The notes: generated by a model from the letters alone, not told the origin. DNA of 64,000 nt from Protoeuglena noctilucae (GCA_958009085.1 OY253677.1:434001-498000); one strand, 5' to 3'; counted from the first letter of the stretch, positions 34,401-47,902 are shown. Program-made: numbers and translations.

Positions 34401-37400
34401 GCAGGGCAGCGAAGCTCGGCCCAGCCGCCACGTCCACCCCGCGCCCCTCAGCGCCCTCTCCCACCCCCACAGACGCCGTCGACACAAAGCTGGGCCCAGC
34501 TGCCACATCCACCCCATGCCTCCCAGCGCTCTCTCCCACCCCCACAGACGCCGTCGACAAGAAGCTAGGACCGGCTGCCACGTCCACCCCATGCCTCTCA
34601 ATGCCCTCTCCCACCCTTACAGAGGTCCTTGACACAAAGCTAGGCCCGGCTGCCACGTCCACCCCACGCCCCTCAGCGCTCTCCCCCACCCCCACAGACG
34701 TTGTCGACAAAAAGCTAGGGCCGGCTGCCACGGACCGCCGCTCCACCTCCGCCTCCACGCCTGCCGAGCGCCGCTCCAAGTTGGGGCCGCCTGGGACACT
34801 GCTAATCTCCGTCTGCGCGCCCGCATCCTCAGCTGTGGTTGGTGCACCAGTATCCGTCTGCGCACCGACATTCTCGACCTCGGCCTGTGCACCAGCACCA
34901 GCGTCCGTCTGTGCGCCAGCCTCAGTCTGAGCACCGACATCCCCAGCCTCGGCCTGTGCACCCACATCCCCGCGTTCCCTTTGCTCTCCAGCCCCCCCAG
35001 CCTCGGTCTGTGCGCCGGCAGACGCGGCCGCTGGTGCCACTGGCGTCGACGGAGTTGCAGCGGCGCGACGGTCCAGCATCCGGACAGTGTGGTTGCGTGC
35101 AGCAACGAGAGCCTGCGGGGTGGAATAGGAAACACTTCATTTACCGCGTACCTAGCAGTGCTCGGCCCTTAGCCCATATCTAGCAACACAAACATCTCAC
35201 ACGCACTGCGGCAGCACGTCTATGCTTAGCCGAACATGCCTTGCAATTCAACCCACGCCACTCACCCCCCGGGTCACGCGCAGTGCTCCTTGCAGCTCAG
35301 TGACAACCCCGCGCAGCGTGGCGAGCTCCGACTCGAGCTGACCCACCCGCGCCTGCGCCTCCGAATCACCCACAGCCGAGGGCCCGGCCGACTCTGTCAG
35401 GGTCTGCGTGTCACGCGTTGCCACGGCATCAGCCGTGACCTCAGGTGCCCCCCCAGCACCTGCAGGCGCTGCCTTAGCAGCTGTCGAAGCCACCGGGGGC
35501 CCTGCAGCTTTGTCCGGCTGCGCCCCAGCACCCCTCTCGCGTGCCTTGCCGCTCTCCGCCGCCCGCAGCTTGGCGCGCAGGTCGTGGATCGCGTGGTCCC
35601 GCCACGACACCTCGGCCTGCAGAGCGCGCACCCGGCGGCTCGCATCTTCCGCTTCCTGCCTGGAGGCCTCCAACAGGCCCCTCAGCCCCGCCAGGCGCTC
35701 GCCCTCCGCCCCCGCTCCCGGGTGCTGCGGGGCTGGGCTGGGCCCCGGTGAGCGTGCCTGCGTCGCCATCTGCGACGTCCCCAGAGATGAGCGGACCGGA
35801 GAGGGTGAGACCACCGGGCTGGCCGCGGTGGCCTGGCCGGCTTTGCCTGCTGCCATCGGCGCCGGCACGATCTCCGGCTCTGGGGGCGGAGGTACCGCCC
35901 TGCTATGGGCGAGCGGGAGGTTGACGCCGGTGGCAGTGGGCGTCGCGCCATGCGTCGTTCCTAAGGCATGTTCCGATGGACCCACGAGATCCATCAGGGC
36001 AGAGAGGTCCTGGGCCTCGCTGGCCTGCAGCAGGTGCCGCAGTGCCTCCACCTGCGCCCGCAGCTCCCGCAGCTCCGCCTCGCGCCCCGCAGCAGCTGCA
36101 CCTCCGGCCTCCGACGCAGCAGGGGCGTCCGCGGGCGCTGGGGTCGGCGGGGCGCTGGGCGACGCAGCGGCGACAGCGGCAGTGACTCGTGCAGCCAGCG
36201 TGGGTTCTGTCGTGGCAGTGAATGCGTCGCATCCGCGGTCTGCCACGGTCGGCGCTGCCTGCACGCCCGACTCGGTCAGCTGCGTCGATGCGGCAGTTTG
36301 AGACGGAGACTCGAGTACCGCAATGGCTGGGCGTGGGTCGCCCACTGCTGTCGCATCCGGGGCTGACGTCTGCGTCGCCAGGTGGATGCCCTCGCTTGAG
36401 CCAGCAGAGCCATCCGCCTGCGACGCCGCACTCGTGGCATCTGGCCGGGCTTGCGTGGCTGCGGTGGCGCTCGAGCGATGGCTTCCTGCCTCCACCGATG
36501 CGTCTGCCATCGTCGCGCCCTGCTGCGTGGCTGCGTCCGCAACCTCGCCTCGCTGCGACTCGGTCTGAGCGACGACACTGGAGTGGGACTGGGCGAGTGA
36601 CTGAGTGCCCACATCGGCGCCAGTGGGCGCCATTGCTGCCTGCGTCGCCTCGTCTGTGCCCTGAACGGGGCCTGCCTGTGTGCCAGCAGTGAAACCCGGA
36701 TACACCACCCCCGCCTGTCTCGCCCCGTCTGCGACCCGCGGAGGGCCTGCCTGGGTGCAAGCAGCAACGTCCGCATGCACCACCACCGCTTGTGTCGCCT
36801 CGTCTGTGTGCTGTACATGGCTCACTTGTGTGCCAGTATCGGCGCCCGCCCGCACCGTTCCCTCCCGTCGTTGCGCCGCCACCTCCTCTGCCACCCTCGC
36901 CTCCATCGCATCCCGCTCCCGCCGCCACGACTCAGCCAAGCCCTCCGCGTCTGCCACCCGCGCCTCCAGCATCGCCCTCTCCTGCCTTGCCGTCTCTAGC
37001 GCCGCCTCCGCCTCCCGCACGCGTCCCATCAGCGCCGTGCCCGGCTCGCCTCCTGCCACCTGCGCCAGCTCTGCCGCCAGCGCCCCCACCATCGCCCGCT
37101 CCTGTGCCAGGGCCTCTTTCAGAGCGTCGATGTCCAAGCGACCCAAAGTCGACGCCCTCTCTGCCGACGCCAACTCCTCCCGCAGCTGAGCAGCCTCCGC
37201 CTCTGCCGTCGTCAGTCGCTGGCGCTCCATGGAAAGTGCCTCTTGCATGACTCGCAGCTCAGCGCGGACGTCGGCCAAGGCCGCGCGCAGAGCATCGACT
37301 GCCTCTGCATCAACCGGAGCGCTCGTTTGCGCCTGCGGTGGCTGGCTGGGCTGCCCGGTCGACTCTGCCCCGCTGGCAACGTCGCGGCGATCTGCCACGT

Positions 37401-40400
37401 CCGTCCCCACCCCCACGCTGGCAGCCAACGCTTGCCCCTCCCCACTCGCAGCATCGTGCTTGCCAACTGTGTCAGTCCCCACCCCCACGCTCGCGGCCGA
37501 TGCCGGGCCGTCCATACCCGTGCCCACGCTACGCTCTTCAGGCGCCCCCTCTCCCGCTTGCACCCCTGCCTCGACCCCCTCCCCCACGCGCCCCACCCCG
37601 TTGACCGCCTCTGTCGATGCACCCGGGTTATCAGGGGCAGACATTGCCGCATCGATCTGAGAGAACTGCCGCTCGAGGGCCGAAGCGAGCGACGCGGCGC
37701 GGGACAGATGCTCCGCCACCGTCGCCCGCCAGTCGGCGCTGCCACCCTCGTCCTCATCACCAGCACTGGACACCAGCCCATCTGCATCCGCGCCTGTCTC
37801 GGTGCCGCCCGTCTCTTGCGGGGATGAAGCGACCTGAGACTCGGCGCCCGCCACGGCACTCCACGCCGCGTCCACCACCGCCCGCAGCTCCCCCTGGCCT
37901 TCCCGCACCAGACGGACCACATCCTCCATGACGCCCATTGCCTGCGCGCGACCCACCGCCCGGCCCTCCGCACGCTCCGCCCGGCCCCGCTGCACGGCCG
38001 CCTCGGCTCGCAAAGACGCGCGCTCGGCCTCCGCGGCGCGCAGGGCCGCGCGGGTGGACGCCAGCTCCCCAGCCGTCGCCTCCAAAAGCGTTGTCGCCTC
38101 CGCCAGCTCTCGCACCGCCATCGCCACTGCTGCCTCTGAGCCTACCTCGTGGCTGGAAGTGCTCGTGCCCACATCTGTGGCAGCGATGGTCCCCGTCGCC
38201 CCACGCAGCTCGTCCGCCGCCGCCCTGGCTTCCTCGGCGCGACGAGCCGAGTGCTCCGCCCTCCGCCTCGCATCCTCCCCCTCCACCTCCGCCGCCGCAG
38301 CTCGCGCGCGCGCCGCCGCCAGCTGCGCTTCTGCGTCCGCCAAGGCCGCGCGTAGGGCGTCCCTCTCTTCCTGATTCCATTCCTCGCCCTCTGCCTTTGC
38401 GGGGGTTGCAGCGTCGGACCCGGCAGCTGCATCTGCACGCATCGACGGACGCTCTCTCTCCGCCCGCTCCCTCTGCGCCGCCTCCAACACTGCCTCGAGC
38501 TCCGCTGAGCGAGCGCGGGCCGCCTTGACGTCCTGCAAGCAGAGCAAGGGACGTGGCATGAGCCTTACATTGGTTAGCTCTGACCAGGCACCCATCGCCA
38601 CACCACCACTGAGCCAGCTACCAATTTTTACAGTGCTGGTCACAGCAACAGCCCACTTGCCTCCAGAAGAGCCTTCGCCGCTGCCGCCTCCACCTCCGCG
38701 GCTGCTTCGGCGGCCATCCGTTGCATCTCCGCCTCTCTCGCGCGCGCCTCGACCTCCCGGATCGTCCACCCCAGCTCCGCAATCGTCGCCTCTGCCTCTG
38801 CCGCGCGTCTCTCCGCGTCCTCAGCCATCGTCTCTGCCTCTTTAGCATGTCTTTGCGCTTCGTCAACCACCGCCTCTGCCTCTGCCGCGCGCCTCTCTGC
38901 GTCCTCCACCGCAAAGGACACGTCCCGAGGCTCCACGCCCCCTCGCAAAGCAAGCAGGGGCGAGGCTTGGAGGGGCGAGGCTTGGACAGACGAGGCTTGG
39001 AGAGGCCCGGTGGGGAGGGGCGAGGCCCACGCTGGCGACGCAGGGGGGGACGCTCTTTGTGAAGGCGGCTGGGGTGACGAGGCCGGCCGAGCCTTCTGCA
39101 TTGCGGTAAGAGAGCAGCGTAGGGTCGCGAGCAGATGCAGCACCGTCGATGGCGAGAAGAGAAACGACAGAAGTGATACGCAAACCAGTGTTGCCGAGCA
39201 ACGCCCATGCGACGCGCTCAGTCCCACCCCTCAGCCCCGCTCCCGCACCTCCATGGCAGCTTGCAGCTCCAGCAGAAGCGCTCGCTGCGTCGATTTCAGC
39301 TCCGCCGCTTCTCTCTCCACCGCCGCCAGCGCCGCCTCCGCCTCCGATGCGCGTCTGCGTGCCTCCGCCAGCGCTGAGCCCAACTCCACGACCCGCGCTT
39401 CCAGATTCCGCACATCCGCGGCGTCCCTAGTAAACCCGGCATCCTCGCGGGGGGCGACCTCGCTCCCTGCCGCGCCCAGCTCCGCCGGGGTCGCCTTGCC
39501 AGGGCCCCTCGCCTCCCCCTGCACACCCGCATCCCCGCTCTCGCTGCGGCCCGCCTGCCCACCCGCCAAGTCACGGCGCAAGTCATCGCCGCTGGCCGTG
39601 CTGGACGCGCCGGGGCTGTCCGCCTGCTCCCCCCCGCTTCTGACACTCGCGTCCGACGCTGACTCTGCCAGTGACCCTGGCCCGGAGGTCTGCACGGCCT
39701 CCTCGGCGCACGGCGGCCCCGACGACTGCCGCGACATGGGCTGCAGGGTGCGAAGGAGGGCCCTCGTGGCCTGCAGCTCGGCGTCGCGGGTTGCTGCCTG
39801 GGCACGGTCGGCCAGTCCGCGGCGCACGGCCACGTCCAGCTCGGCACTGCGATGGGAGACGGGACATGTGGGATATCTTATAGTTTACTGCATATCATGT
39901 TCTTATAGCTTACTACATATCATGTAGTATCTATGCTATCTTATGAATATCGACGCACGGCATCAGGTTCACCGACAACTGCAGTTGCATCTGTCCCCAG
40001 GTGCCCTCAGCTCATCGCGTGACATCCACTTATAGTTGCATTTGTATCTCCCACTCACCGCATCAGGTTCATGGACAGATGCATCTGTTCCCACGCACTG
40101 CCGAGCTCATCCGTCTGCACCGAGGCGTCGCCCCACGCGTGGACCGGCCCAGCGCCACCAGCGCCCGCCTCGTCCACCACGCCACGCGATGCTTGACCGG
40201 GCACAGCCACTCTTGAGCTGACTCTTTGAATGGCCCCAGCCTGCCCAACGCTCGTTTCATCAATCGCCGCACCCACGCGTGACGCACCCCCAGCACCCGC
40301 ACCACCCCCTGCACCCGCACCACCCATCGCCCCCTCCGGCGAGGCAGGGACCAGGGCGTTTGCCCCCCGAGCCTCCGCCAGCCGAGCTGCCAGGTTCCCA

Positions 40401-43400
40401 CGGCCAGTCACCGAGAGGAAGCTTTGGCCCAGCGGCAACCCCTGACCCATCCCCGCCAGTGTCGCCTCGCCTTGCAGCGAGTCGTCCATACCCAAACGCG
40501 GCTCATCTGCACCCTGCCGCGGTTGATCCGCACTCAACTGCATCCCATCCGCACTTAACTGCAGCCCATCCCCACCCAGCCGAGGCACGCTCCGCTGTAC
40601 ACCCGGTGCAGCCCCGGTCCTCGGCAGGGCCCGTGCCTCCCCGCTGGGCCCCGGAACCCGATCGGCGTCGGAGCCGGGCGCCTCGTGCATCCCCCCTCTC
40701 TGCGTGGGTGGCCCTCTGGGGGTGACCTCTTGCATGGCGTGCATTTGCTCCCTCAACCGCTCCATCTCCGCCCTGGTTGCGTCCAGCTTCGCCTTACAGT
40801 CCGGTATATCACAGTGGTGCTTGTGAATATATATTAGATATGCTATCGGACGACACAAGTTGCATCTGCCGCATACGTTGCACCGTCATCGTCATCGCCA
40901 TGCCAACTCCAACCATGCCATGTGCTATGCTTCACTGCCCCTCCTAATGCCATCGTCACCTCGCATTCGTCGTGCTCTTCCTTGGTGATGGACACCAACG
41001 CACCGTTGCCATCGTCGTCCCCCTCCTCTCGCTTGCGCCGCATCTCCTGCAACTCCGCCTCCACCTCCCGCAGCTGCACCCGCAAGTCTTCCCTCTCCAC
41101 CTTGCACGCCGCCAGCTCGGCTTCCGTCTTTGCCAGATCCTCCATTGCGTCCTCGAGAAGCCTCCGCGTGTCGCCCAGCTCTGCTAAGGCCGCCGCCAAC
41201 GCACGCGACGTGACGCCCTCAGTCGCCATCGCACTTGCGCCAGTCCCGAACTCCGTGGCTGTCCCAACGCTACGCCCAGTGCCCATCTCAGTAGCAACCC
41301 CGACGCTGCGACCGGTGCCAAACTCCGCCCCAGCACCCGCGCCTGCCGGCCCACTGCCCTCCAGCTCCCCACGAGGCGTGCCCACGGGTGTCCCGCGAGA
41401 TTCGACCGCTGACGAGGCCGGGGTGCCATACCCCGCGTCCCCGCCTGCCACCCCACGCTCCTGCACCCCAGCGCCCATACTGCTCCCCGCGAACGCCCCG
41501 CCCCTCGCGCCGCCCTTCCCAGCCTCGGCAGCCGCCACTCGCGCCCTCAGCGCCCCGCACTCGTCCTGCAACTCCTTCACCTCCCGCAGCGTCGCCTGAA
41601 GCACCAAACGCAGACGCTCCACCTCCGGGACTGCTGTTGGCGCCTCGGCTGCCGAGGGCCGGGACGCCGACGGTCCCTCCGACCCACGCGGGGTTGCCGT
41701 ATTGGTAGCCGACGACCCCGCATGACCAGGTCGAGACGACCTTACCGGCGTGGCACCTGCCGCGGTCGGCATTGGCTGCGTGACTGCAGTGGTGGCGTCC
41801 GTCTGCGTCTGGGCTACGGCGTCCACAGCGCCTCCGCCCTTCTGCACGCCAGCGTCTCTCCTTGACGCCGACGCCGCCGCCACGGACCCCTCCGCGGCTC
41901 CCGCGCCCCTCTCCAGCGCCTCACGCAGCCGCCGCTCGGCACGCTCCGCCCGCCCCTGCGCCCCCCGCGCCACCTCTCTGTCTGCCTCCGCGGCCCGCTC
42001 CAGTGCGCCCGTCCGCGTCCGCTCGGTTTCTGCTTCGTCCCGCATCCGCGCCAACGCCGCCTCCAGCCGCGCCACCTCCCCGCGCAGCCGACGCGCCTCG
42101 GCATCCGCCACCGATGCCCCGGCATGCGGGCGCTCGGCCGACCCCGGCTCGCCGCCCTCCCCGGCCGCCGGCAGGCGCAGGGCCGCTTTCAGGGCGCTGT
42201 TCTCCAGGAACATCTCGGTGCACTCCGCACGGACGTCCTCCAAGGACTGCAAATGCAAAGACGACTTAGTCATGATGAGTGACTAATCTAGACTAAGCAA
42301 TGGTGCTAAGCCATTATGCTAAGCCAGTTTGCGTGCTGAGCCATCGCAAGAGTCTTGTAGCAGCAGCCCGACACGGCAGTGAAAGGAGTCGCGCCCGCGT
42401 TGCCATCGCCACCCCCGCCACCCATCCCCGTCAGCCACCCACGCGCTGCCCCCCCCGTCACCTTCATGAGCCGTGCCACGGTCGCCTCGAGCTCCTCGCA
42501 CCGCGCCCGTCCCCGCGCCGCCTCCTCTCCCAGCCGCTCCTCCCCCGCCCTCAGCTCCTGCACCCGCACCTCCATGGCCTCTCGCTCCAACACCCATGCG
42601 TCACCCGCACTCCCGGATCCCCCGCTCTTGGCCGCCAGCTGCGCCCGCAGCGCCGCGCTGTCCGCCAGCGCCGCCCCCAGGGCCCCCTCCGCCCTCTCCG
42701 CCCGTGCCAGAACCTCGTTGCGGTCCGCCAGACCGCGTGTCAGAGCGTCCTCCGCCTCCACGAGACTCGACAGCACCGCCGCGTCACTCGAGTCAGACGA
42801 CGGCGAGGACGACGCCGAGCGAGCGGAGGCGGGGGCGGTGGGGTCTGCTTGGGCTCCAGGCAGCGTGCGGAGCTCGGGTGCCGTCGCGCCATGCCGCGTC
42901 GCTGGAGCACCGCTGGGGCCCTCTGCGCCTGCGTCGCCCACGCGGCTTGCAATGTCGCTTGGCATGCGAGAGAGGGCGTCGAACATGGTCGGGACCTCGA
43001 CGGTAGATGCCATGGGAGCGGGGGCGGCAGCTGCGCGTGAGGGCCGGGATGGCCGGGACGACGCGAGCAGCGCGTCCACGGTCGCGCGGAGCCGAGCGAT
43101 CTCCTCGTCCCGCGCCGCCAGAGCCGCACGGACGTCCTGCAGGCCACCCTGGTCGGACTCGCCATGTCGCAGCCTTGCACCCGGACCCGGACCCGCACCG
43201 GCGTCCAAGGTTGGGCCCAGGTCCCGTCGCACCGCGTCCAGCTCCCCAGCCACCGGCGACGCCACCGACCGCAGCGCGCTGTCGGGCGTGGCTGCATGCG
43301 CGTGCGCACCCACGCGCCCCGTCAGCCCCGGTGTCGNNNNNNNNNNNNNNNNNNNNNNNNNNNNNNNNNNNNNNNNNNNNNNNNNNNNNNNNNNNNNNNN

Positions 43401-46400
43401 NNNNNNNNNNNNNNNNNNNNNNNNNNNNNNNNNNNNNNNNNNNNNNNNNNNNNNNNNNNNNNNNNNNNNNNNNNNNNNNNNNNNNNNNNNNNNNNNNNNN
43501 NNNNNNNNNNNNNNNNNNNNNNNNNNNNNNNNNNNNGACACGGTCGTGACTATGCCACGTGTAAGTATCGACACCGGCCGGCCATCTGTAACCCAACCAC
43601 CGCCGCAACAGCCCCGCCCCTCACCTGCGCCGTGAGCCTGCGCATCTCCTCGGCGTGGCGCTGCCGCATCTCCGCAGCCGCGCGTTCCGCCGCGTCCGCT
43701 CGCTCCTTCTCCGCCCTCACTGCCTCCTGCGCCCTCCTAAGCTGGCCGCGCAGGAACGACGCCGCGCCCTGCCCCGCGGCCTGCGCGGCCTCCACCACGC
43801 TGCTGCCCGCCTCGCTGGCCGCGCTCACCACCGACGCCTCGCTCGCCGACACCCGGCGCCGGGAGACGGCCGAGGGGGCGCCGCCGCTGTTTCGCATCCG
43901 CGAGTGGGCCCGGTCGAAGAACTCCCACGCGGGCCGGCGGCCGCTCGGGGCGGACGACCGCGGGCTGCCGAGCTCCGACGGCGCCCCGGGTGCGGGCGCG
44001 GGGGTCGCCCCTGCCAGCGATGGGCCATCACGGGACGGGAACTGGGAAGCACCCGTGCCAGTGCCGGCAGCGACGCGCGCTGGGACCTTGCCGCGGGGCT
44101 TCGGTGACGTCGCCGCAGACGCAGAGGGCCCTTCGGCGTCGCCTTGCAATGCACCGGACCCCGTGCTGGGACCCGCAGCCCCCACGCCCTCATCCCGCCC
44201 GCGCTTCTCCCTCCGTGCGGCCGTCCCGGGCCCCTCCGTCGCCGCGGGCGGCGCGAGCGCGGGCGGGCCGGGCCGCGGTGGCCGGCCCTCGACACCCCTC
44301 CGCCCCGGCACCTCCCCCTCGCCCTCCGCCCGTCTCAGGGCCTCTCTGTTCCTCCCATCCACCAGCAGCGCCTGCAGTGCCGCGATGGCCCGGTCCTTTC
44401 TCGCCAGCACCTCCCGGATGGCTCCCACCAGGCCCCTCACGGGCGCAGGCAGGCCATCGAACGCCACGCCCTCCTCCCCCGCCGCGTGCATCGCAGCCAC
44501 CAGATCCGTGATGCTCGGAGTGCCGCCCGCGTCCGACGACCCCGCTTCATACGCCCGTCCCTGACCGTGACGACCGCTCGCATCCGTCCGCCCCGTCCTG
44601 TCGATGGTAGATGCTTGCGGCCCGCCCTGGCCGCCCACCTCCGCCCACTCCCCGTCGTCGTCCACTTCGCTCAAATCAATCACGCCCCGCATGCCGCGCT
44701 CGCGGCTGCCCTCGCCGCCCTCGGCGTCCCGCAGGAGGCCCGCTAAAGGGTTGCGATGGCGCTCACCTGAGTCGATGTCAGTGTCAGTGTCGTGGGGGGC
44801 GTGCAGCAGACGGGGCCGTGTGGGGGGGGAGGGGTCGGGGAGCAGCAGGCTGCGGATCTCAGACGCCAACTGCTCCAAAATGGTGTCCCTGGAAGCGAGT
44901 TGGAACAGGATGGGGAGAGTGTCAGCGTGAGTTGCGCTTGTTGAAAGGCGCAGGAACGGGCACGACGTCGTATGACGTGAGGCGTCCCTTCTCGGTAACA
45001 CGCCCAGCCACTACCCCCACAACTTCGTCAGCCATCAGCCCCTCCCCTCACCGCCTCCTTTACCCCTCTCACCGCCTCCTCTGCCCCGCCCTGCCCCTCA
45101 CCGCGTGGTGAGCTCGAGTTCCATCGCCAGCGTTTCCTCGGCCAGCCTCCCCATCTCCAACCGTGACCCCTGCACCGCCTGCGCCGCCAGCCCCGCCTCA
45201 CGAGCCGCCTCGCCCTCCACGGCGGCCACGCGCACTTCCAAAGACGCGTGGGAGGCCTCCAGCTCCGCCAGGGACTGCTGCGCGTGCTCCAGCTCCATCT
45301 CGAGCGCACGGGCCTGTGAGGTGAGGGGAGCAGGGTGGGGTGGGCATGGTGGTGCAAAGAGTGGTGGGACCAGGGCAGCATCCAGTCTCACACTTCCACA
45401 GATCATCTAGACCTGCCAATGCGCTCATCAAACACACTGCCAATCTCTGTCTTTGTCCAAAGCACACCGCTAGGGACGTCCCTTTCACCCAAAACCCCCC
45501 GCCCCTCACCTGCCGTGCCCGCTCCTCCAAGCTGCCCCACTCCCGCTCCATCTCCCTCATCGACTCCCTCGCCCGGTTGCGCTCCTGCACCGCCCGGTCC
45601 AACTCCTCCCTCGCCAGCCGGAGCTCGTCGCTGTCCTGGGCACGCTCGGTCAGACGCGACTGGGCCTGCGCATTGAGGGAGATATGGGGATGCAAGTGTC
45701 AGAAACTATCTGTGCACGTGGAAACATGATTGTAAGACCCTGTCTTGATACGATATAGTCACACGCGTGAAGCCGCATCGGCAATGCGGCATCGCGCAGG
45801 CAACACGAAGACCCCCAGGCAGGGTCACACGTGACTGCCTGGGGGCCACACGTGCTGTACTGATACACAGCACGAACCCTCACCTGCTTCCAGCGATAGA
45901 AGAAGACCCGTGCCTGCTGCCGCACAACGCGGGGATCCTCGGAGTCCAGCGCCGCCAACTCCGCGCGAGAGGGACTGGCGGGGACCGCCATCGCTGTGTT
46001 AGAAGCGCCGACGCCGCCCGACGCCCTGACTGGAGAAGTGCCGCTGCCGCTGCCGGCCGCCTCTTCCCACGCGCGCTTGCCGAGCCCGGAGCGTTCCGGG
46101 GAGCCCCGCGGGCGCCACGTGGCGTCCGAGGCATCGACGGCAGAAGGCGACCCGAACCCGAACCCACCGTTTGTGGCCACGGCGCCCATGCCCATGCCCG
46201 CGCTCTCCATGGCCAGGCGCGCCGCAAACTCCTGCTCCGCGCGCGTCGCCTCGTCCGAGAGGTGCCGCCGGGCGAGGGCCGTGCCGCGGCCGGGAGGGCT
46301 GGCGGCGATGGGCGACGGGAGCGTGCGTGCAGGGGAGGGCACCCCCACGCGCACGGGCGCCGTGGTCCGCCATGCATGGGAGCCACCCGGCGTGGAGACG

Positions 46401-47216
46401 AGGCGCTCCTGCCGGGACGGGCCGAGGGCCAGGGACGGCGACGACACGGACGCGCCCCCCGCCACCCCCGCCTCGATCAGCGAGTGGTGCAGCACCGACG
46501 TGCCCTCCGGCACGCTGATGTCCCCACGGAAGGTGACGACGGTCGAGGCGTCCGGGCCGCCCGCCAGAATGCTGTGTCCCTCCTCCCCCACGAACCCCTG
46601 GCCGCGCCTGGCACGGGGGCCGTGTCGGGCGCCTTGCCCCCCGCGATGCGCATTGAACGAAGACTCGGTCAGCGCGCCCGCTGACGTCCAGTGCCCCGCG
46701 CGGGACGCACCCCGGAAGTCGCCCGTCAGCACCCCGCCGGGAGGGCTTCCGGCGGGGCGGGCAGGCGGCACGGGGTTGCGCGGGGGTGGCACAGGGTTGC
46801 GCGGGGGTGGCACCGGGCGCGCCTCGCTGGCAGCTGAGGGAGGGCTGCCGTCCGGAGACGCCATCGGCGCATCGCCCGCTGCGCGAGGGGCGACCACCCC
46901 TGCGCTGGGTTCTGCGGGCGGGGCGGCGAGGGGAGCACGGGTGAGCAGTCGGCCGGGGGTCCGGCGGGATCGATGCGTGGGCGACCCTTCGCCGCTCGCC
47001 TGTGGGATCTCTCGCGCTGGCGCGGGGACTCCCCGCACCCTCTGGCGATCCAAAAGGAGTCCGCGGCAGCAGCAGCTGGTCCTCGATGTCTTGTGCACCC
47101 ACGGCTTTGAGACGCATAGTGGGCACGTGCACCCGCTCCGTGACCTCCGGGGGCCGGTGCCGCATCGACCGCGGAGGGCTATTGAGCCGCCCCGCGGGGG
47201 GCCGATGCTCCGACAT
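16497..47216 (-). CDS. Giant (~9,400 aa) Ala/Glu/Thr-rich disordered and coiled-coil scaffold protein with arrays of TQT-like motifs
   Basis: Exons: 47216-47039, 46911-45884, 45665-45510, 45313-45102, ~44888-43625, (gap) 43336-42462, 42246-40960, 40792-40059, 39846-39249, 39095-38661 (GC donor), 38532-35266, 35112-20194, (gap) 19993-17349, 17242-17017, 16819-16497 (TGA). About 28.1 kb coding with no internal stop. Continuity across the two N gaps is inferred. Confidence 0.8.
19605..19725 (-). repeat. 75-bp (25-aa) coding duplication, each copy ending in VLRLRGG
   Basis: GLGTAEAPHSVLRLRGG...ELGTVEASHTVLRLRGG; motifs at 19700-19680 and 19625-19605. Confidence 0.9.
19994..20193. other. Assembly gap (200 N)
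   Basis: Run of exactly 200 N inside the giant exon; the reading frame differs on the two sides. Confidence 1.
20830..21290 (-). repeat. Coding repeat, about 12-aa period, RD(A/E)G(Q/E)QT, about 13 copies
   Basis: LDAAQQT, REQGEQT, RDAWQQT, RDEGEQT, RDAGQQT, HEAGQQT, HDWGEQT, HDAEQQT and further variants. Confidence 0.85.
28330..29170 (-). repeat. Coding repeat, about 15-aa period, DAxTxTD-like
   Basis: LDAATATDAPP, ADALTTTEP, HDASTGTNP, VDVGSVTDA, IDAATSTDD, NDAATSTEP, MDASTGTEP and further variants. Confidence 0.8.
34390..34745 (-). repeat. Coding tandem repeat, 75-bp/25-aa unit (GVDVAAGPSFxSTxSVGVGE), 5 copies
   Basis: gccac(g/a)tccacccc recurs at ~34427, 34502, 34577 and 34652, with a degenerate copy at ~34727. 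Confidence 0.9.
43337..43536. other. Assembly gap (200 N)
   Basis: Run of exactly 200 N. Confidence 1.
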
Positions 47217-47902
47217 GGTTCCTGCGGCAACGGCGAGGCCGTCGGCTCAACCGCGGCGGGACTGATGGTGCGCACGGGCTTGGGCACAGGCGTTGGAGTG
47301 GATATATGCGCGCGCATAGGACGGCAAATGCAAAAGAAAGCATCCGCTGCCTGTGCTGAGGAGAAGCAAGCGCGTGGGGGCCTGGGTATGGGGCACGGAT
47401 GCAGTAGGCGCAAGACAGCCGCGCGCGCTCCAGCGCCTGCCGCTCGGCTAATGAAGGGTAGATCCGCCCCCTGAAATGCCCACCAAAAGCCGATGACGAC
47501 CGCGCGCCGTGCCACCGATGGAGCGCGCACCTTCAGCCTTCGCGCCGTGTTCGTTCAAAAGCTGGCCCTGAGGAGGGAAGCTGGTTGAGCCTCGCAAGCC
47601 CCGCGCAAGTGAGCCCGGCCTGCTCACGAAATCTGTCTGCACCTTCAGTCGGGAGAGGGCACGCGGCCGGGCCGCGCACTTCCTCCCAGCTGTTTTTGTG
47701 ACTTCCGCCCGCGCCCTGGCAGCGCGGACGGTGCGGCGCGGGTCGAGGATTGACGTGACGGACCCGGCGGCGAGGCTCGTCAGTGCGTGCCCGCGGGGCG
47801 CGACGGAGTCTGGCACCGACGCGTGGCATGAAACGATTCATATCTCTCATGCCTACCCGGCAATTTGCAATGCACCGGACCCAGCGAAGCGCATCTCGCT
47901 CG

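Noticed and set aside
17311..47474. Long plus-strand ORFs (e.g. 728, 677, 544 and 492 aa) as overlapping genes
   Set aside because: They are Ser/Ala/Pro-rich antisense shadows of a GC-rich coding strand, with no motifs or splice structure.
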